The notes beneath the pieces are model-generated. The model did not search any database. It was not told the DNA's origin and saw nothing but the letters and a program-made list of their open reading frames with translations. The position numbers were made by a program, and so were the translations under genes. Shown one piece after another: positions 36,096 to 46,369 of a DNA stretch of 64,000 bases. Position 1 is the first letter of the stretch. Every line of letters starts with the position of its first letter. Source of the DNA: Methylococcales bacterium (GTDB taxonomy: Bacteria; Pseudomonadota; Gammaproteobacteria; Methylococcales; UBA1147); the NCBI GenBank assembly GCA_041748915.1, contig JBGTCG010000076.1, positions 205-64,204 of the forward strand, read 5' to 3'.

Positions 36096-36896
36096 ATGGT
36101 GTTTTGGGTCCTGCAGCGAGTCGTCGCCTGTTACTCCCTGCTCTTATACTCAGCCGTATTTATCGGGATCGATTACGGTGCAGCCGTAAAGCTGATTTCC
36201 GGGCCTCTGCTATGGGTGTTGATCATCCTGCAGATCGCGCGGCATGCGGCTCTCGGCATGACCTTGGGTTTCCACCGCTTTTATTCGCATGCAGCGTATA
36301 AGACATCCCGCCTTTACGAGTTGTTTATTGCCTATTGCTGTGCGGCTTCAAACCAGGCCGCGATGACCTGGTGGGCCGGCACGCATCGATATCATCACGT
36401 CCATTGCGACGACGATCAGGATCCGCATTCGCCGGTAACCCATTCCTTTCTTTATGCCTGGCTCGGCTGGGGATACGATCCGAAACATGCGGACAAGGTA
36501 ATTCAGCTCCGTTACCCTGAAATCCGCTGGCTGGATCGGTGGTGTTTCCTGATACCCTGGACGGAGTGGATCCTTTTTTGGCTATTCTCCGGATCGCTCG
36601 CATTCGCAACCCTCGCGTCCATGATCCCGGCCGGGTTATCACCGGTCGGCACGCTGTTTTTCAATTGTATCTCGCATGGCGGCAAACCGGATGAAAAAGG
36701 CTGCACGGCGCGGCGATATTATCAGCTTTCGGCCATTCTGCTGGGCGAACACGATCACCGGGATCATCATGTCTATCCGAACAAAGCCAAGCGTCCGGGC
36801 CCTGATTTACCCTACTGGCTGATATTATGGCCTATGGCAAGACTCGGATTGATTTGGGATCTGAAAAATGATCATACCGATACGCGGCGCGGGTAA
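36096..36896 (+). CDS. Membrane fatty-acid (acyl-CoA/acyl-lipid) desaturase family protein
   Basis: Three His boxes: HRFYSH, HRYHHVHCD and HDHRDHH. Hydrophobic N-terminus. Start taken at the internal ATG 36096 of ORF 35793-36896. Confidence 0.8.
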   Translation: MVFWVLQRVVACYSLLLYSAVFIGIDYGAAVKLISGPLLWVLIILQIARHAALGMTLGFHRFYSHAAYKTSRLYELFIAYCCAASNQAAMTWWAGTHRYHHVHCDDDQDPHSPVTHSFLYAWLGWGYDPKHADKVIQLRYPEIRWLDRWCFLIPWTEWILFWLFSGSLAFATLASMIPAGLSPVGTLFFNCISHGGKPDEKGCTARRYYQLSAILLGEHDHRDHHVYPNKAKRPGPDLPYWLILWPMARLGLIWDLKNDHTDTRRG

Positions 36897-36934
36897 ATCC
36901 GGCGCTGACCACCCTGCCCTTGACCAGGCAAACC

Positions 36935-37077
36935 TGAATAAGTCCATCCTGGATTTCTCAACGGCCAGCAACCTCAACAACGATTTGGGAGTGCCTTACA
37001 AACTCATATGAAAGCGTAGATTTTGGCAGCGCATCCCTTACCTGCCGGAAGCTCTAATTTAATAAGAGCTTCCCTGG
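36935..37077 (+). repeat. Structured intergenic repeat, family 1, copy 3
   Basis: ctgaataagtccatcctggatttctcaacgg..acaacgatttggg..tacaaactca..attttggcagcgcatccc..ggaagctct-aatttaata-agagcttcc (perfect 9-bp terminal hairpin). Starts 39 nt after the desaturase stop. Confidence 0.9.
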
Positions 37078-37101
37078 AGCCTTCCGCACATCCTGAAGGA
37101 A

Positions 37102-37824
37102 TCAGACTGGAGGAAAATAGGCCAAGGTATTGCCAAAATGCCGGGATATCCGATAACCACGGTCCCTGAGTGTCATCTCCCACTCCCCCCGCCACCGTTT
37201 GTCGATATATTGATGTTCATAAAGCAGGATCGCAGGGGCCATGGTCTCAAAATCGATCTGTTCCAGAATTTCATAATCGTAGCCCTCCGTATCCACGAGC
37301 AGCAGGTCAAGTTTTTTGATGTGGTGCATTTCAAGCAGATCAGTCAGCGATATGCACTCCATTTGCTCCTTCACGACATAGCGCGCAAGATCGGGTACTG
37401 CCCATGTGTGGGTCATCAAAATATCAAGATCAAAGGTTCCGAGGCCTTTACACCACTCTGGCAGGAACGGAATATTATCCCGGATTCGATAAAAATCGCG
37501 AACTTCCCTGCGATCCGAGATCGCGACATTTTCAAATATCAGTCGATCATTGGCGTTGTAATTCTGTTTCAAGCGTTCAAAACAGGTCCGAACCGGCTCC
37601 ACCAGCACCCCGCGCCAGTTCGATTGCTGTACAAACGGATAAATTGGATCATAAATGACGCCGTCGTTGGCGCCAATCTGTACAAAGAACAAATCGGTTC
37701 CTGCTGCAACCGCCTGCGAAAGCACGCGCTCCAGGGTGAACCATTTCGGCATGCGGCACAAGCGGTCGAAAGCCTTAACGAAAACCATTCGGAGTCTATA
37801 AGCGGGACTGGGAAATTGATCCAT
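37102..37824 (-). CDS. FkbM-family methyltransferase
   Basis: FFVQIGANDG motif and FkbM-like core. Start taken at the 41st codon (MDQFPSP..) of ORF 37102-37944. Confidence 0.75.
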   Translation of the reverse strand: MDQFPSPAYRLRMVFVKAFDRLCRMPKWFTLERVLSQAVAAGTDLFFVQIGANDGVIYDPIYPFVQQSNWRGVLVEPVRTCFERLKQNYNANDRLIFENVAISDRREVRDFYRIRDNIPFLPEWCKGLGTFDLDILMTHTWAVPDLARYVVKEQMECISLTDLLEMHHIKKLDLLLVDTEGYDYEILEQIDFETMAPAILLYEHQYIDKRWRGEWEMTLRDRGYRISRHFGNTLAYFPPV

Positions 37825-38060
37825 GGCGCATTTTTTTTTACGGGTGCACGGCAGGTTTACACTATCACAGATTACAGCGATCGGCGGAACAAACAGACAC
37901 CTTCCGTCCCGCAATCTTATTCGCGCATGAGATGGATGCATCATTGAACCGGCAGAAGTCCGCGGAAAATGCGAGTGAGCGCAGCATACCGATTGAAATA
38001 GTACACTGAATTTCCTATCCTAGTGGCTGACCGGAAAGCGCGATTTCCCGGTTCCTCGCA

Positions 38061-38139
38061 ATTTCAATGATCTAATCTATTGAAATGCCGGCTCGTCCTG
38101 AGCCGGAATAGTTTTCGCTCGTTTCCGAAAGAAAACTAT
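38061..38139 (+). promoter_or_regulatory. Three-hairpin leader element, family 2, copy B (38 nt before the mprF-like ATG)
   Basis: tttcaat-N10-attgaaa; ccggctc-gtcct-gagccgg; atagttttcgctcg-tttc-cgaaagaaaactat. Contains an 8-codon uORF, ATG 38085..TAG 38111 (MPARPEPE). Confidence 0.6.
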
Positions 38140-38177
38140 CCTAGCTTCACAGGAACACCAGGATACTGGACCCCAAT

Positions 38178-40754
38178 ATGTCTAACCAGCTCGGCAAAAA
38201 ACTGATCGCTTATATCGGGACTTTCTTGAGCGTCGTGATCGTTTGCATCGCACTTTGGGTCATGTACGACACACTGCACGCGATCAGGCTTTCCGATGTT
38301 ATTGCAAGTCTTCAGAAGCTTTCTTCTTTTTACATCCTGCTCGGCTTCGCAATCACCGCGTTAAGTTATCTCACGGTGACCGGTTACGATGTTGTTGCGC
38401 TGCACCACATCAAGCGCCGGGTTCCGTACTCGCGCGCTGCGCTCTCGGCGTTTCTGGCGTCCACTTTCGGCAACAACATCGGTTTCGCGATTCTAACCGG
38501 AACTTCGATTCGCTACCGAATCTACTCGTATGCCGGCTTGTCCGCGCTGGATGTCGCAGGAGTCAGTTCGATGTGCGCATTGACGACGATTCTCGGGATG
38601 AGTTTTGTGTTTGCGACGTCCATGCTCCTGCAATCGGCTGATATCCCAAGCACCGGCATCAAGATTCCGATTGGACTGATGAAAACCATCGGAGCCTTGC
38701 TCCTGTTTGCGATCGGCGCGTATATCCTGGTCGCGGCCTACAAACCCTTGACTTTAAGAACCGCCAACTGGTCACTCAAACTACCATCAGCCAAAACCAC
38801 GTTAGCTCAAATCCTGCTCGCAACCACCAACCTGACCCTGATCGCTACACTGATCTATGTTCTGCTTCCAGCGGAAACCAACACCAGTTATATCGCGTTC
38901 CTGAGCGTCTTCGCAATCGCATTGATCGCCGGAAGCGCCAGTAATGTCCCCGGAGGAATCGGCGTATTCGAATCGGTCATTTTGATCGGACTTCCCGAAA
39001 TTCCTCCGGCGGCGTTACTCGGATCCATTCTGTTGTTCCGCTGTATTTACTATTTGAGCCCTCTCGGGATTGCGGCCACCCTGCTTCTCTACCACGAATC
39101 CAACCGACAAAGAAAACGGATCGAGGAACTTCACGTCTCGGTTCTGGATGTTCTCGACGAGATTGGTCCGCATGTGATGGCCATGATCATCATGCTCGCG
39201 GGAGTGATCCTGCTGTTTTCCAGTTCGATTCCGGTCGGCTTTAATCGCAATCTGTCTCCGGTCTGGGTCCCGCTGTTTCTGGTCGAAGTTTCCCATTTAA
39301 CCGGGGCCGCCGCGGGCATCGGACTGTTACTACTGGCACGCGGAATTTCGCGGCGCCTGGCTTCTTGCTTTGATCTGGCGGTTAACCTTCTGATCCTCGG
39401 CATGGTGACTTCGCTGCTGAAAGGGTTCGGCTTTCGCGAAGCAATTGTTCTGGGATCGATTCTCGGCCTGCTCTGGTCCACTAGACACGAATTTTACCGG
39501 AAAGCCTCTTTGTTCGACGAAGGTCTCCCCGCCGAATGGGTTTCGTTGTTATCGATCATCCTCGCCGTAACCATCTGGCTCGGCCTCTTTTCCTTCAAAG
39601 ACACGCCTTATTCAGCATCCCTCTGGTGGGACTTTTCATACGAAAACGACTATTCACGATTCCTGCGTTCATTGGTGGTCGTATTCGGCATCAGCGGCAT
39701 CGCAACTTATATCAATTTGTTACGGCCGGACCCGCTCCCCGGCCTTCCAGAAGATTTGATTTTGTCCAAAATTCGCAAAATTCTGGCATCGGAGCCGAAC
39801 CCAAGGGCCAACCTGGTTCTGTTCGGTGACAAACGCATCTTGTTCAACCGGTCCGAGACCGCGTTCATTATGTATCAGATCCAGAGCAAAAGCTGGGTCG
39901 TACTCGGAGACCCGGTCGGTCCGAAAGAGGAGCATCGGGACTTAATCTGGTCATTCCGGGGACTCTGCGACCGTTACGGCGCCTGGCCGGTATTCTATAT
40001 GGTCGATGAAAGTGAACTGCCGTTCTTTAACGATCTCGAACTTTCGATTGAACGTATGGGCGACGAAGCCGTGATGCCTCTGGAAAACTTCTCACTGGAC
40101 GGCGCGCTCCGAACGGCACTGCTCAGCGAATATAACCAAGTCAAAACGCTCGGGGCCCGTCTCGATGTCGTGGAAGGAGATGCGCTTGACCGGATCATGC
40201 CGGAATTAAAGGCGATCTCAGATAATTGGCTGAACGCCCACAATACTGAGGAAATGGGTTTTTCGCGAGGTTTTTTCGACCAGTATTTGATCCGGAATTT
40301 TCCATGCGCCGTGATCAGAATGAACGACCGGATTGTCGCGTTCGCAGTGATCTGGACAACTCCCAGCCGGATAGAGGTGGGATTGGATCTGATACGGTAT
40401 CATCAGGACGCGCCCAAACTGGTGACGGATTATCTGATGATCGAAACCATGTGGTGGGGAAAAAAGATGGGGTATCGCTGGTTCAACCTCGGCATCGCGC
40501 CGCTTCCGGGGCTCAAAGATCATCCGCTCGCCCCACTCTGGCACCGGATCGGAGTATTGATGTACCGGCCCAGCGATACGAACCATTCGCTTGACGAAAT
40601 CCGTACGGAAGAAGAAAAATACAATCCGGTCTGGCGCCCGAAATATATCATAGGGCCGAGCGGGATCAGAACGCCTCGAATAATCCGTGATATCAGCCGG
40701 CTGATTTCGCGACGTAACGTTCACTTACGGGCCAACGATTCCGGCAACACCTGA
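38178..40754 (+). CDS. mprF: MprF-like bifunctional aminoacyl-phosphatidylglycerol flippase/synthase
   Basis: 858 aa. Long multi-TM N-terminal half. C-terminal aminoacyl-PG synthase-like domain (..EEMGFSRGFF..VAFAVIW..DLIRYHQDAP..YRWFNLGIAPL). Substrate unknown. Confidence 0.8.
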   Translation: MSNQLGKKLIAYIGTFLSVVIVCIALWVMYDTLHAIRLSDVIASLQKLSSFYILLGFAITALSYLTVTGYDVVALHHIKRRVPYSRAALSAFLASTFGNNIGFAILTGTSIRYRIYSYAGLSALDVAGVSSMCALTTILGMSFVFATSMLLQSADIPSTGIKIPIGLMKTIGALLLFAIGAYILVAAYKPLTLRTANWSLKLPSAKTTLAQILLATTNLTLIATLIYVLLPAETNTSYIAFLSVFAIALIAGSASNVPGGIGVFESVILIGLPEIPPAALLGSILLFRCIYYLSPLGIAATLLLYHESNRQRKRIEELHVSVLDVLDEIGPHVMAMIIMLAGVILLFSSSIPVGFNRNLSPVWVPLFLVEVSHLTGAAAGIGLLLLARGISRRLASCFDLAVNLLILGMVTSLLKGFGFREAIVLGSILGLLWSTRHEFYRKASLFDEGLPAEWVSLLSIILAVTIWLGLFSFKDTPYSASLWWDFSYENDYSRFLRSLVVVFGISGIATYINLLRPDPLPGLPEDLILSKIRKILASEPNPRANLVLFGDKRILFNRSETAFIMYQIQSKSWVVLGDPVGPKEEHRDLIWSFRGLCDRYGAWPVFYMVDESELPFFNDLELSIERMGDEAVMPLENFSLDGALRTALLSEYNQVKTLGARLDVVEGDALDRIMPELKAISDNWLNAHNTEEMGFSRGFFDQYLIRNFPCAVIRMNDRIVAFAVIWTTPSRIEVGLDLIRYHQDAPKLVTDYLMIETMWWGKKMGYRWFNLGIAPLPGLKDHPLAPLWHRIGVLMYRPSDTNHSLDEIRTEEEKYNPVWRPKYIIGPSGIRTPRIIRDISRLISRRNVHLRANDSGNT

Positions 40755-40919
40755 CCAGAGGGTGGTTGGTTGAAGACTCGTTTACCCCCCTCTTACGGCC
40801 GGAACGCGGTCCTGGTCTGCTGCGCTCCCGCGCCATCCGCAGGAAACCGGATAAATCTTTTAGAATTACTCTAATTTTGTTACATTGCATGTAAATAATA
40901 TTGAATAAATGTGTCGACA

Positions 40920-42062
40920 ATGAAAAAAATAAAAATCGCGATCATCGGGATAGGCAACTGTGCAAGTTCGTTGATTCAAGGTATTCATTACTACCGGAAC
41001 AAGGACAAGAGGAGCGCAACCGGATTGATGCATTGGACCATCAACGGTTACACACCATCGGACATTGAGGTCGTCGCGGCGTTTGATATCGACGCGCGCA
41101 AGGCCGGCAGGGATGTATCGAAAGCGATGTTCGCGAAACCCAACTGCACGACGGTGTTTTGCGCGGATATTCCGGACTCCGGCGTAACCGTACAGATGGG
41201 AAGAATACTCGACGGTTTTTCGGAACACATGAAAGAATTTGAGGATAATTCCACGTTCCTCGTATCGAGTCTTGCGGAACCCGAAAAAATTCATGTCGTC
41301 GACGTTCTCAAGAATTCCGGCGCGGAAATCCTGCTGAATTACCTGCCGGTAGGCTCCGAACAGGCAACCCGCTTTTATGCGGAGTGCGCGCTCGAAGCCG
41401 GGGTTGGATTCATCAACAACATACCGGTATTTATTGCGAGTGACCCGATCTGGGCAAAACGATTCGAGCAGGCGGGCTTGCCGGTGATCGGCGACGACAT
41501 TAAAGCGCAGTTGGGCGCCACGATTACCCACCGCATGCTTACCGATTTATTCAAAAAGCGCGGGGTGACTCTGGAACGAACCTATCAACTGAATACCGGT
41601 GGTAATACCGATTTCTTGAACATGCTGAACCGGCACCGGCTCGCCTCGAAAAAAACGTCCAAAACCGAGGCCGTGCAATCCGTGGCATCGGAGCGGCTGG
41701 ACCAAAACAACATTCACGTCGGCCCCAGCGATTATGTTCCGTGGCAGAAAGATAATAAGGTATGCTTTATCCGCATGGAGGGGAACTTATTCGGGAATGT
41801 TCCGATGAATTTGGAACTCCGGCTTTCCGTCGAAGACTCGCCGAATTCGGCCGGGGTCGCGATCGACGCGATCCGCTGCGCGAAACTTGCGCTGGACCGG
41901 CATATTGGCGGTCCCCTGGTCGGCCCCGCGGCATATTTCTGCAAGCACCCGCCCAAACAATTTACGGATGAAGAAGCGTTGAAATTGCTCGAAGATTACA
42001 TCGGGGAGGAAGCGCCAACCAATGTATCGTCGTTATTTCCGGATCGAAAACACACCGTATGA
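40920..42062 (+). CDS. ino1: Inositol-3-phosphate (myo-inositol-1-phosphate) synthase, short prokaryotic type
   Basis: MKKIKIAIIGIGNCASSLIQGIHYY (NAD-binding N-terminus), ..NYLPVGSE.., ..QLNTGGNTDFLN.., ..SKKTSKTE.. as in the bacterial/archaeal MIPS family. Confidence 0.85.
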   Translation: MKKIKIAIIGIGNCASSLIQGIHYYRNKDKRSATGLMHWTINGYTPSDIEVVAAFDIDARKAGRDVSKAMFAKPNCTTVFCADIPDSGVTVQMGRILDGFSEHMKEFEDNSTFLVSSLAEPEKIHVVDVLKNSGAEILLNYLPVGSEQATRFYAECALEAGVGFINNIPVFIASDPIWAKRFEQAGLPVIGDDIKAQLGATITHRMLTDLFKKRGVTLERTYQLNTGGNTDFLNMLNRHRLASKKTSKTEAVQSVASERLDQNNIHVGPSDYVPWQKDNKVCFIRMEGNLFGNVPMNLELRLSVEDSPNSAGVAIDAIRCAKLALDRHIGGPLVGPAAYFCKHPPKQFTDEEALKLLEDYIGEEAPTNVSSLFPDRKHTV

Positions 42063-42219
42063 ACCAATTCATACTTCGCGCATACCGCACCCAATCGTTC
42101 CACCGAAGCCTGTGAGCGCTTAAGCTTGATCAGGCGATTCATTCAGGAAACCTGAATCCGGACCGGACTGCCGCCCGTAAAGTGTCGCTCTGCCGGAAAG
42201 CATTAATCGGTACTCGTCC

Positions 42220-43011
42220 ATGCCCGGCAATTCGATAGTGAAAGTACCGATCTTCTATTACCATTCCATAGGTAATCACGGCCCGGAGACTTTAGCGGTA
42301 CGTGAATTCCGGCGTCACCTGGAACTGATCCGCGCACATTATTTCAAGCCAATCACTTTTTCCGAATTGCTTTCGCTGGACCCGGACGATCGCGGCCGAT
42401 ACGTTGTACTATCCTTCGATGACGGACTGCTCGACAACTTCGAGAATGCCGCGCCGATTCTGAACGACTTCGGTTACCGGGCTACTTTTTTTGTAATTCC
42501 CGGTTTCGATCACATCATCCGCTGGGTCAACCCGAAAACCCGCGCGTGGAGCGAATCCCGGAACGCAGGTTTCACCCTCCCTTTTCCTGGTATGCAGAAT
42601 CATCATCGCCGGCAACTGCTCGACTCCGGAATGGAAATCGGTTGCCACACCATGAATCATCCGAAATTGACCGAGGTCCACGCACATCAGTTACGCGTCG
42701 AAATTACGGATTCAAAAGCTTTGCTCGAAGATCAACTGGGTTCGCCGGTCACGACATTCTGCTATCCGAAAGGCCGGTACAACAAAAATGTTCTCGATCA
42801 CCTCAGAAATGCCGGCTATTCGGGTGCGTGTACGACCATGCCGGCCTATTATGACCGCGCTACTCCTAAATACGAATGCGGCCGGTTTCTAATTGAGAAC
42901 CCCGTCTTGTTTAATAAAATACTCGAGTGGGCCTCACCTTCAAGTCAATGGACCGGGCCGCTGTGCCAACTGCTGCGTATCCCCTTAAAGCTGAAAAATA
43001 CTTATTTTTAA
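42220..43011 (+). CDS. Polysaccharide deacetylase (CE4 / NodB homology) family protein
   Basis: LSFDDGLLDN (TFDDG-type metal/catalytic motif) and CHTMNHP (H..H motif). 263 aa, no obvious signal peptide. Confidence 0.8.
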   Translation: MPGNSIVKVPIFYYHSIGNHGPETLAVREFRRHLELIRAHYFKPITFSELLSLDPDDRGRYVVLSFDDGLLDNFENAAPILNDFGYRATFFVIPGFDHIIRWVNPKTRAWSESRNAGFTLPFPGMQNHHRRQLLDSGMEIGCHTMNHPKLTEVHAHQLRVEITDSKALLEDQLGSPVTTFCYPKGRYNKNVLDHLRNAGYSGACTTMPAYYDRATPKYECGRFLIENPVLFNKILEWASPSSQWTGPLCQLLRIPLKLKNTYF

Positions 43012-43241
43012 CGCCCCCGGCCGGTTCAGCCCCGAGTGGTTGGCCTTCCTGCGTTGATATATACTCATTACACCCCCGATGGGGGTATTCCGGTAGTTGC
43101 CGAAGGGCCGTAAAATGATTGATAGCAACAACTTATCAGCGTACCGGCCAAATCCTCGGCCAGTGGCCAAGGCATTTTGCAGGCTCCGAAATACAAAAAA
43201 CGAAAAACACATATAGATAAATGTCTTATCAGGGGGACCGA

Positions 43242-44882
43242 ATGCAAAAGATTTGGTTACGGCAGTATCCTGCGGGTACACCCGATGAAATCAGTCCCGA
43301 TGTCTACCCGTCACTGATCGCGTTGTTCGAAGAAAGTGTTGCCAGGTTCGGCGTTCTTCCCGCGTTCACTCAAGGAAAAACCACTCTCTCCTATTCCGAT
43401 CTTGACCGTCTTTCGCGGAATTTCGCGGCCTTTATGCAAAAAAAAGGAAACATCAAAGCCCGGGATTGCGTGGCTATCATGCTGCCGAATTGCCTGTATA
43501 TACCCTTGGCGCTCTTCGGCGCGCTACGGGCAGGCGCGCGAATTACCAATGTCAACCCACTTTACACTTCGGGCGAACTACGACAACAACTTTCTGACGC
43601 GAAGGCGAAGGCGATCATTATAGATGCCGATTCCCTGCCGGCGTTGTTGCCGATTTTGCCGGATACCGAGATCCGGATCGTGGTGACCGCCTGCTCCGGT
43701 GATGCCGCCGTGGCGAGTGTCCTCGCAACGTCACCGGTCGCGGATTCGAAACAACCGGTGGACTTCGATACCGCGCTCGCACTCGGCGGAGATCTTGAAC
43801 TTGAACCCGCAGCAACGGCTGGCAAAGACATCGCCTTCCTTCAATATACGGGCGGGACAACCGGTGTTTCAAAAGGCGCGGCGCTGACGCACCGCAATCT
43901 GATCGCCAATATCATTCAGTTTTCCGCGATGATGGGTCCCAAGATTTCTGCCGGCCGGGAAATCGTGGTTACAGCCTTACCTCTGCACCATATCTTTGCA
44001 CTGACGATCAACTGCCTGACTTTTTTTTGCCACGGCGGCCGCAATGTATTCATTAGGGACCCACGGAATTTAGCAGGCTTGATTGCCGGCCTGGGCCAAT
44101 GGCCGTTCTCGGTATTCACCGGGGTCAATACTCTTTTTAATAACCTGCTGAATCATACTGAATTTAACAAGCTGGATTTTTCGGAGCTCAAAATATGCAT
44201 CGGCGGCGGCGCCGCGGTTCAGGAGTCCGTCGGCCGACGGTGGCACGAGGTCACGGGCTGCCGTCTGTTACAGGGGTACGGTCTGTCGGAAACCTCGCCG
44301 CTCCTCACCATCACCCCAGGTGACTCCGACACATTCTCCGGGAGCATCGGCGTGCCCGTTCCGTCCACTGAAATTTCGATCCGCGATGAAACCGGCGGCG
44401 AGGTTCCGGTTGGAAAAGTCGGGGAATTGTGCGCCCGTGGGCCGCAAGTCATGCAGGGTTATTGGCGGAATAACTCCGCCAGCCGCAATGCGATGACCCA
44501 CGATGGTTATTTCAAAACCGGTGACATCGCCAGAATGGATGAAAACGGATGTTTTTATATCGTCGACAGGAAAAAAGACATGATCCTGGTCTCCGGGTTT
44601 AATGTCTTTCCGAACGAAATCGAAGAAGTCCTATCCAGGCATGAAGGGATATTCGAATGCGCCTGTATCGGCGTGACCGATAAACATTCCGGGGAAGCCG
44701 TCAAGCTGTTCGTGGTCGCAAAAGCCGGTGTTCAAGTGACTTGCGCGGACATCCGGGATTACTGTCGCCAGCGCTTGGCCGCCTACAAAATTCCCAGGCA
44801 TGTGGAATTCGTCGATGAATTGCCGAAAACGGCGGTGGGCAAAATCTTGCGCCGGGAACTGCGGAAGCGGGCCGGCCATTAG
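43242..44882 (+). CDS. fadD: Long-chain-fatty-acid--CoA ligase
   Basis: MQKIWLRQYPAGTPDEI.. (FadD-like N-terminus), YTGGTTGVSKG, GELCARGPQVMQGYW, ..GKILRRELR. RBS agggggac before the internal ATG 43242. Confidence 0.9.
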   Translation: MQKIWLRQYPAGTPDEISPDVYPSLIALFEESVARFGVLPAFTQGKTTLSYSDLDRLSRNFAAFMQKKGNIKARDCVAIMLPNCLYIPLALFGALRAGARITNVNPLYTSGELRQQLSDAKAKAIIIDADSLPALLPILPDTEIRIVVTACSGDAAVASVLATSPVADSKQPVDFDTALALGGDLELEPAATAGKDIAFLQYTGGTTGVSKGAALTHRNLIANIIQFSAMMGPKISAGREIVVTALPLHHIFALTINCLTFFCHGGRNVFIRDPRNLAGLIAGLGQWPFSVFTGVNTLFNNLLNHTEFNKLDFSELKICIGGGAAVQESVGRRWHEVTGCRLLQGYGLSETSPLLTITPGDSDTFSGSIGVPVPSTEISIRDETGGEVPVGKVGELCARGPQVMQGYWRNNSASRNAMTHDGYFKTGDIARMDENGCFYIVDRKKDMILVSGFNVFPNEIEEVLSRHEGIFECACIGVTDKHSGEAVKLFVVAKAGVQVTCADIRDYCRQRLAAYKIPRHVEFVDELPKTAVGKILRRELRKRAGH

Positions 44883-45343
44883 TCCGCCGCCGAAAACCAA
44901 CAATCACTACTCAGGTCTCCTCAACCACGGTCCGATCCAATTTCCAGGAATCGGCGCCAGCCGGTCCTCGAATCGAACGGTTCCGTTATTCTCGTGCCGG
45001 CGCCGGCGTCTCATCCTGTAAACGAGCTCCGGCGACCGGCAGAAATCGGCGCTGCAATCGGCTAAATGATTCACGGAAAGGCGACTGGACGCCCTTTCCG
45101 TAGGATTGATATAATTACGCTTTTTACTAATCTTTTGCGCAACAGTTTAATCGGCGGGAAGCAGGGACGTTCCGGAAATGTCGCACCCGGAAACCGGCAG
45201 CCTCTGAAATTAGAGTGTTTTATCCGGAACTCGGACTGGCCTTGCAATCTGGCCACTCAAGATCGATTCCCGGAACCCAGCCCCAGATCACCGGAAACGC
45301 GCCGGTTGCGGCAATTAAAATTTTACACTGGAGGAAAAATACA

Positions 45344-46357
45344 ATGACGATAAAAGTTGCGATCAACGGCTACGGACGCATCGGACGCAATGTCCTAAGA
45401 GCGGTCTACGAAGGAGGCCGAACCGGCGAAGTTCAAATAGTCGCAGTCAATGATCTGGGCGACACTGCCACGAACGCGCATTTAACGCAATACGATTCCG
45501 CGCACGGTAAATTTCCGGGAGAAATCGCCGTCGACGGCGATTACCTGCTCGTCAACGGTGACCGCATTCGAGTATTCGCGGAACGCGACCCCGCCAAATT
45601 ACCCTGGTCGGCTCTGAATATCGATGTCGTACACGAATGTACCGGCTTATTCGCCTCGAAGGCAAAGGCCAGCGCGCACCTGCACGGGGGCGCGAAAAAA
45701 GTGATCATCTCCGCTCCCGGCGGCAATGACGTTGACGCGACGATTGTCTATGGAGTCAACCATCAGGTGCTGAAATCCACGGACACGGTGATTTCGAATG
45801 CATCCTGCACGACTAACTGCCTGACTCCGCTGGTCAAGCCTCTGATGGATTCCGTTGGTGTCGAACATGGCCTCATGACCACGATTCACGCCTATACCAA
45901 CGACCAGGTGCTTACCGATGTTTACCATTCCGATCTGCGGCGGGCGCGGTCCGCGACGATGTCGATGATCCCGACAAAGACCGGCGCCGCGGCCGCCGTT
46001 GGACTCGTGTTGCCTGAACTCGCTGGGAAACTGGACGGTTTCGCGATGCGAGTTCCGACAATTAATGTATCGATAGTCGACCTCACATTCCAGGCCAGCC
46101 GTGCGACCAGCAAGAATGAAATCGACGCTATCTTGAAGGACGCTTCCGAAACCACGCTGAAAGGCATTCTGGAATACAACGACAAACCGCTGGTTTCGGT
46201 TGATTTTAACCATAATCCCGCCTCTTCGATTTATGAGTCCACCCTGACCAAGGTGATGGAAGGCCAGTTCGTCAAGGTTCTGGCCTGGTATGACAACGAA
46301 TGGGGCTTTTCGAATCGAATGATCGACACCACGATCGCGCTTATGAAGGCCAAATAA
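45344..46357 (+). CDS. gap: Glyceraldehyde-3-phosphate dehydrogenase
   Basis: [17 protein letters not shown].. and the active site SNASCTTNC. Internal ATG of ORF 45215-46357, preceded by ggagg. Confidence 0.97.
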   Translation: MTIKVAINGYGRIGRNVLRAVYEGGRTGEVQIVAVNDLGDTATNAHLTQYDSAHGKFPGEIAVDGDYLLVNGDRIRVFAERDPAKLPWSALNIDVVHECTGLFASKAKASAHLHGGAKKVIISAPGGNDVDATIVYGVNHQVLKSTDTVISNASCTTNCLTPLVKPLMDSVGVEHGLMTTIHAYTNDQVLTDVYHSDLRRARSATMSMIPTKTGAAAAVGLVLPELAGKLDGFAMRVPTINVSIVDLTFQASRATSKNEIDAILKDASETTLKGILEYNDKPLVSVDFNHNPASSIYESTLTKVMEGQFVKVLAWYDNEWGFSNRMIDTTIALMKAK

Positions 46358-46369
46358 AGGAAGTCGTTG

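Noticed and set aside
35555-36301. 248-aa and 367-aa ORFs crossing the hppD-desaturase spacer.
   Set aside because: They are composites of the hydrogenase relic, non-coding spacer and out-of-frame or N-terminal desaturase sequence. They are Arg-rich and motif-free apart from the RICGIC piece, so they are not treated as genes.
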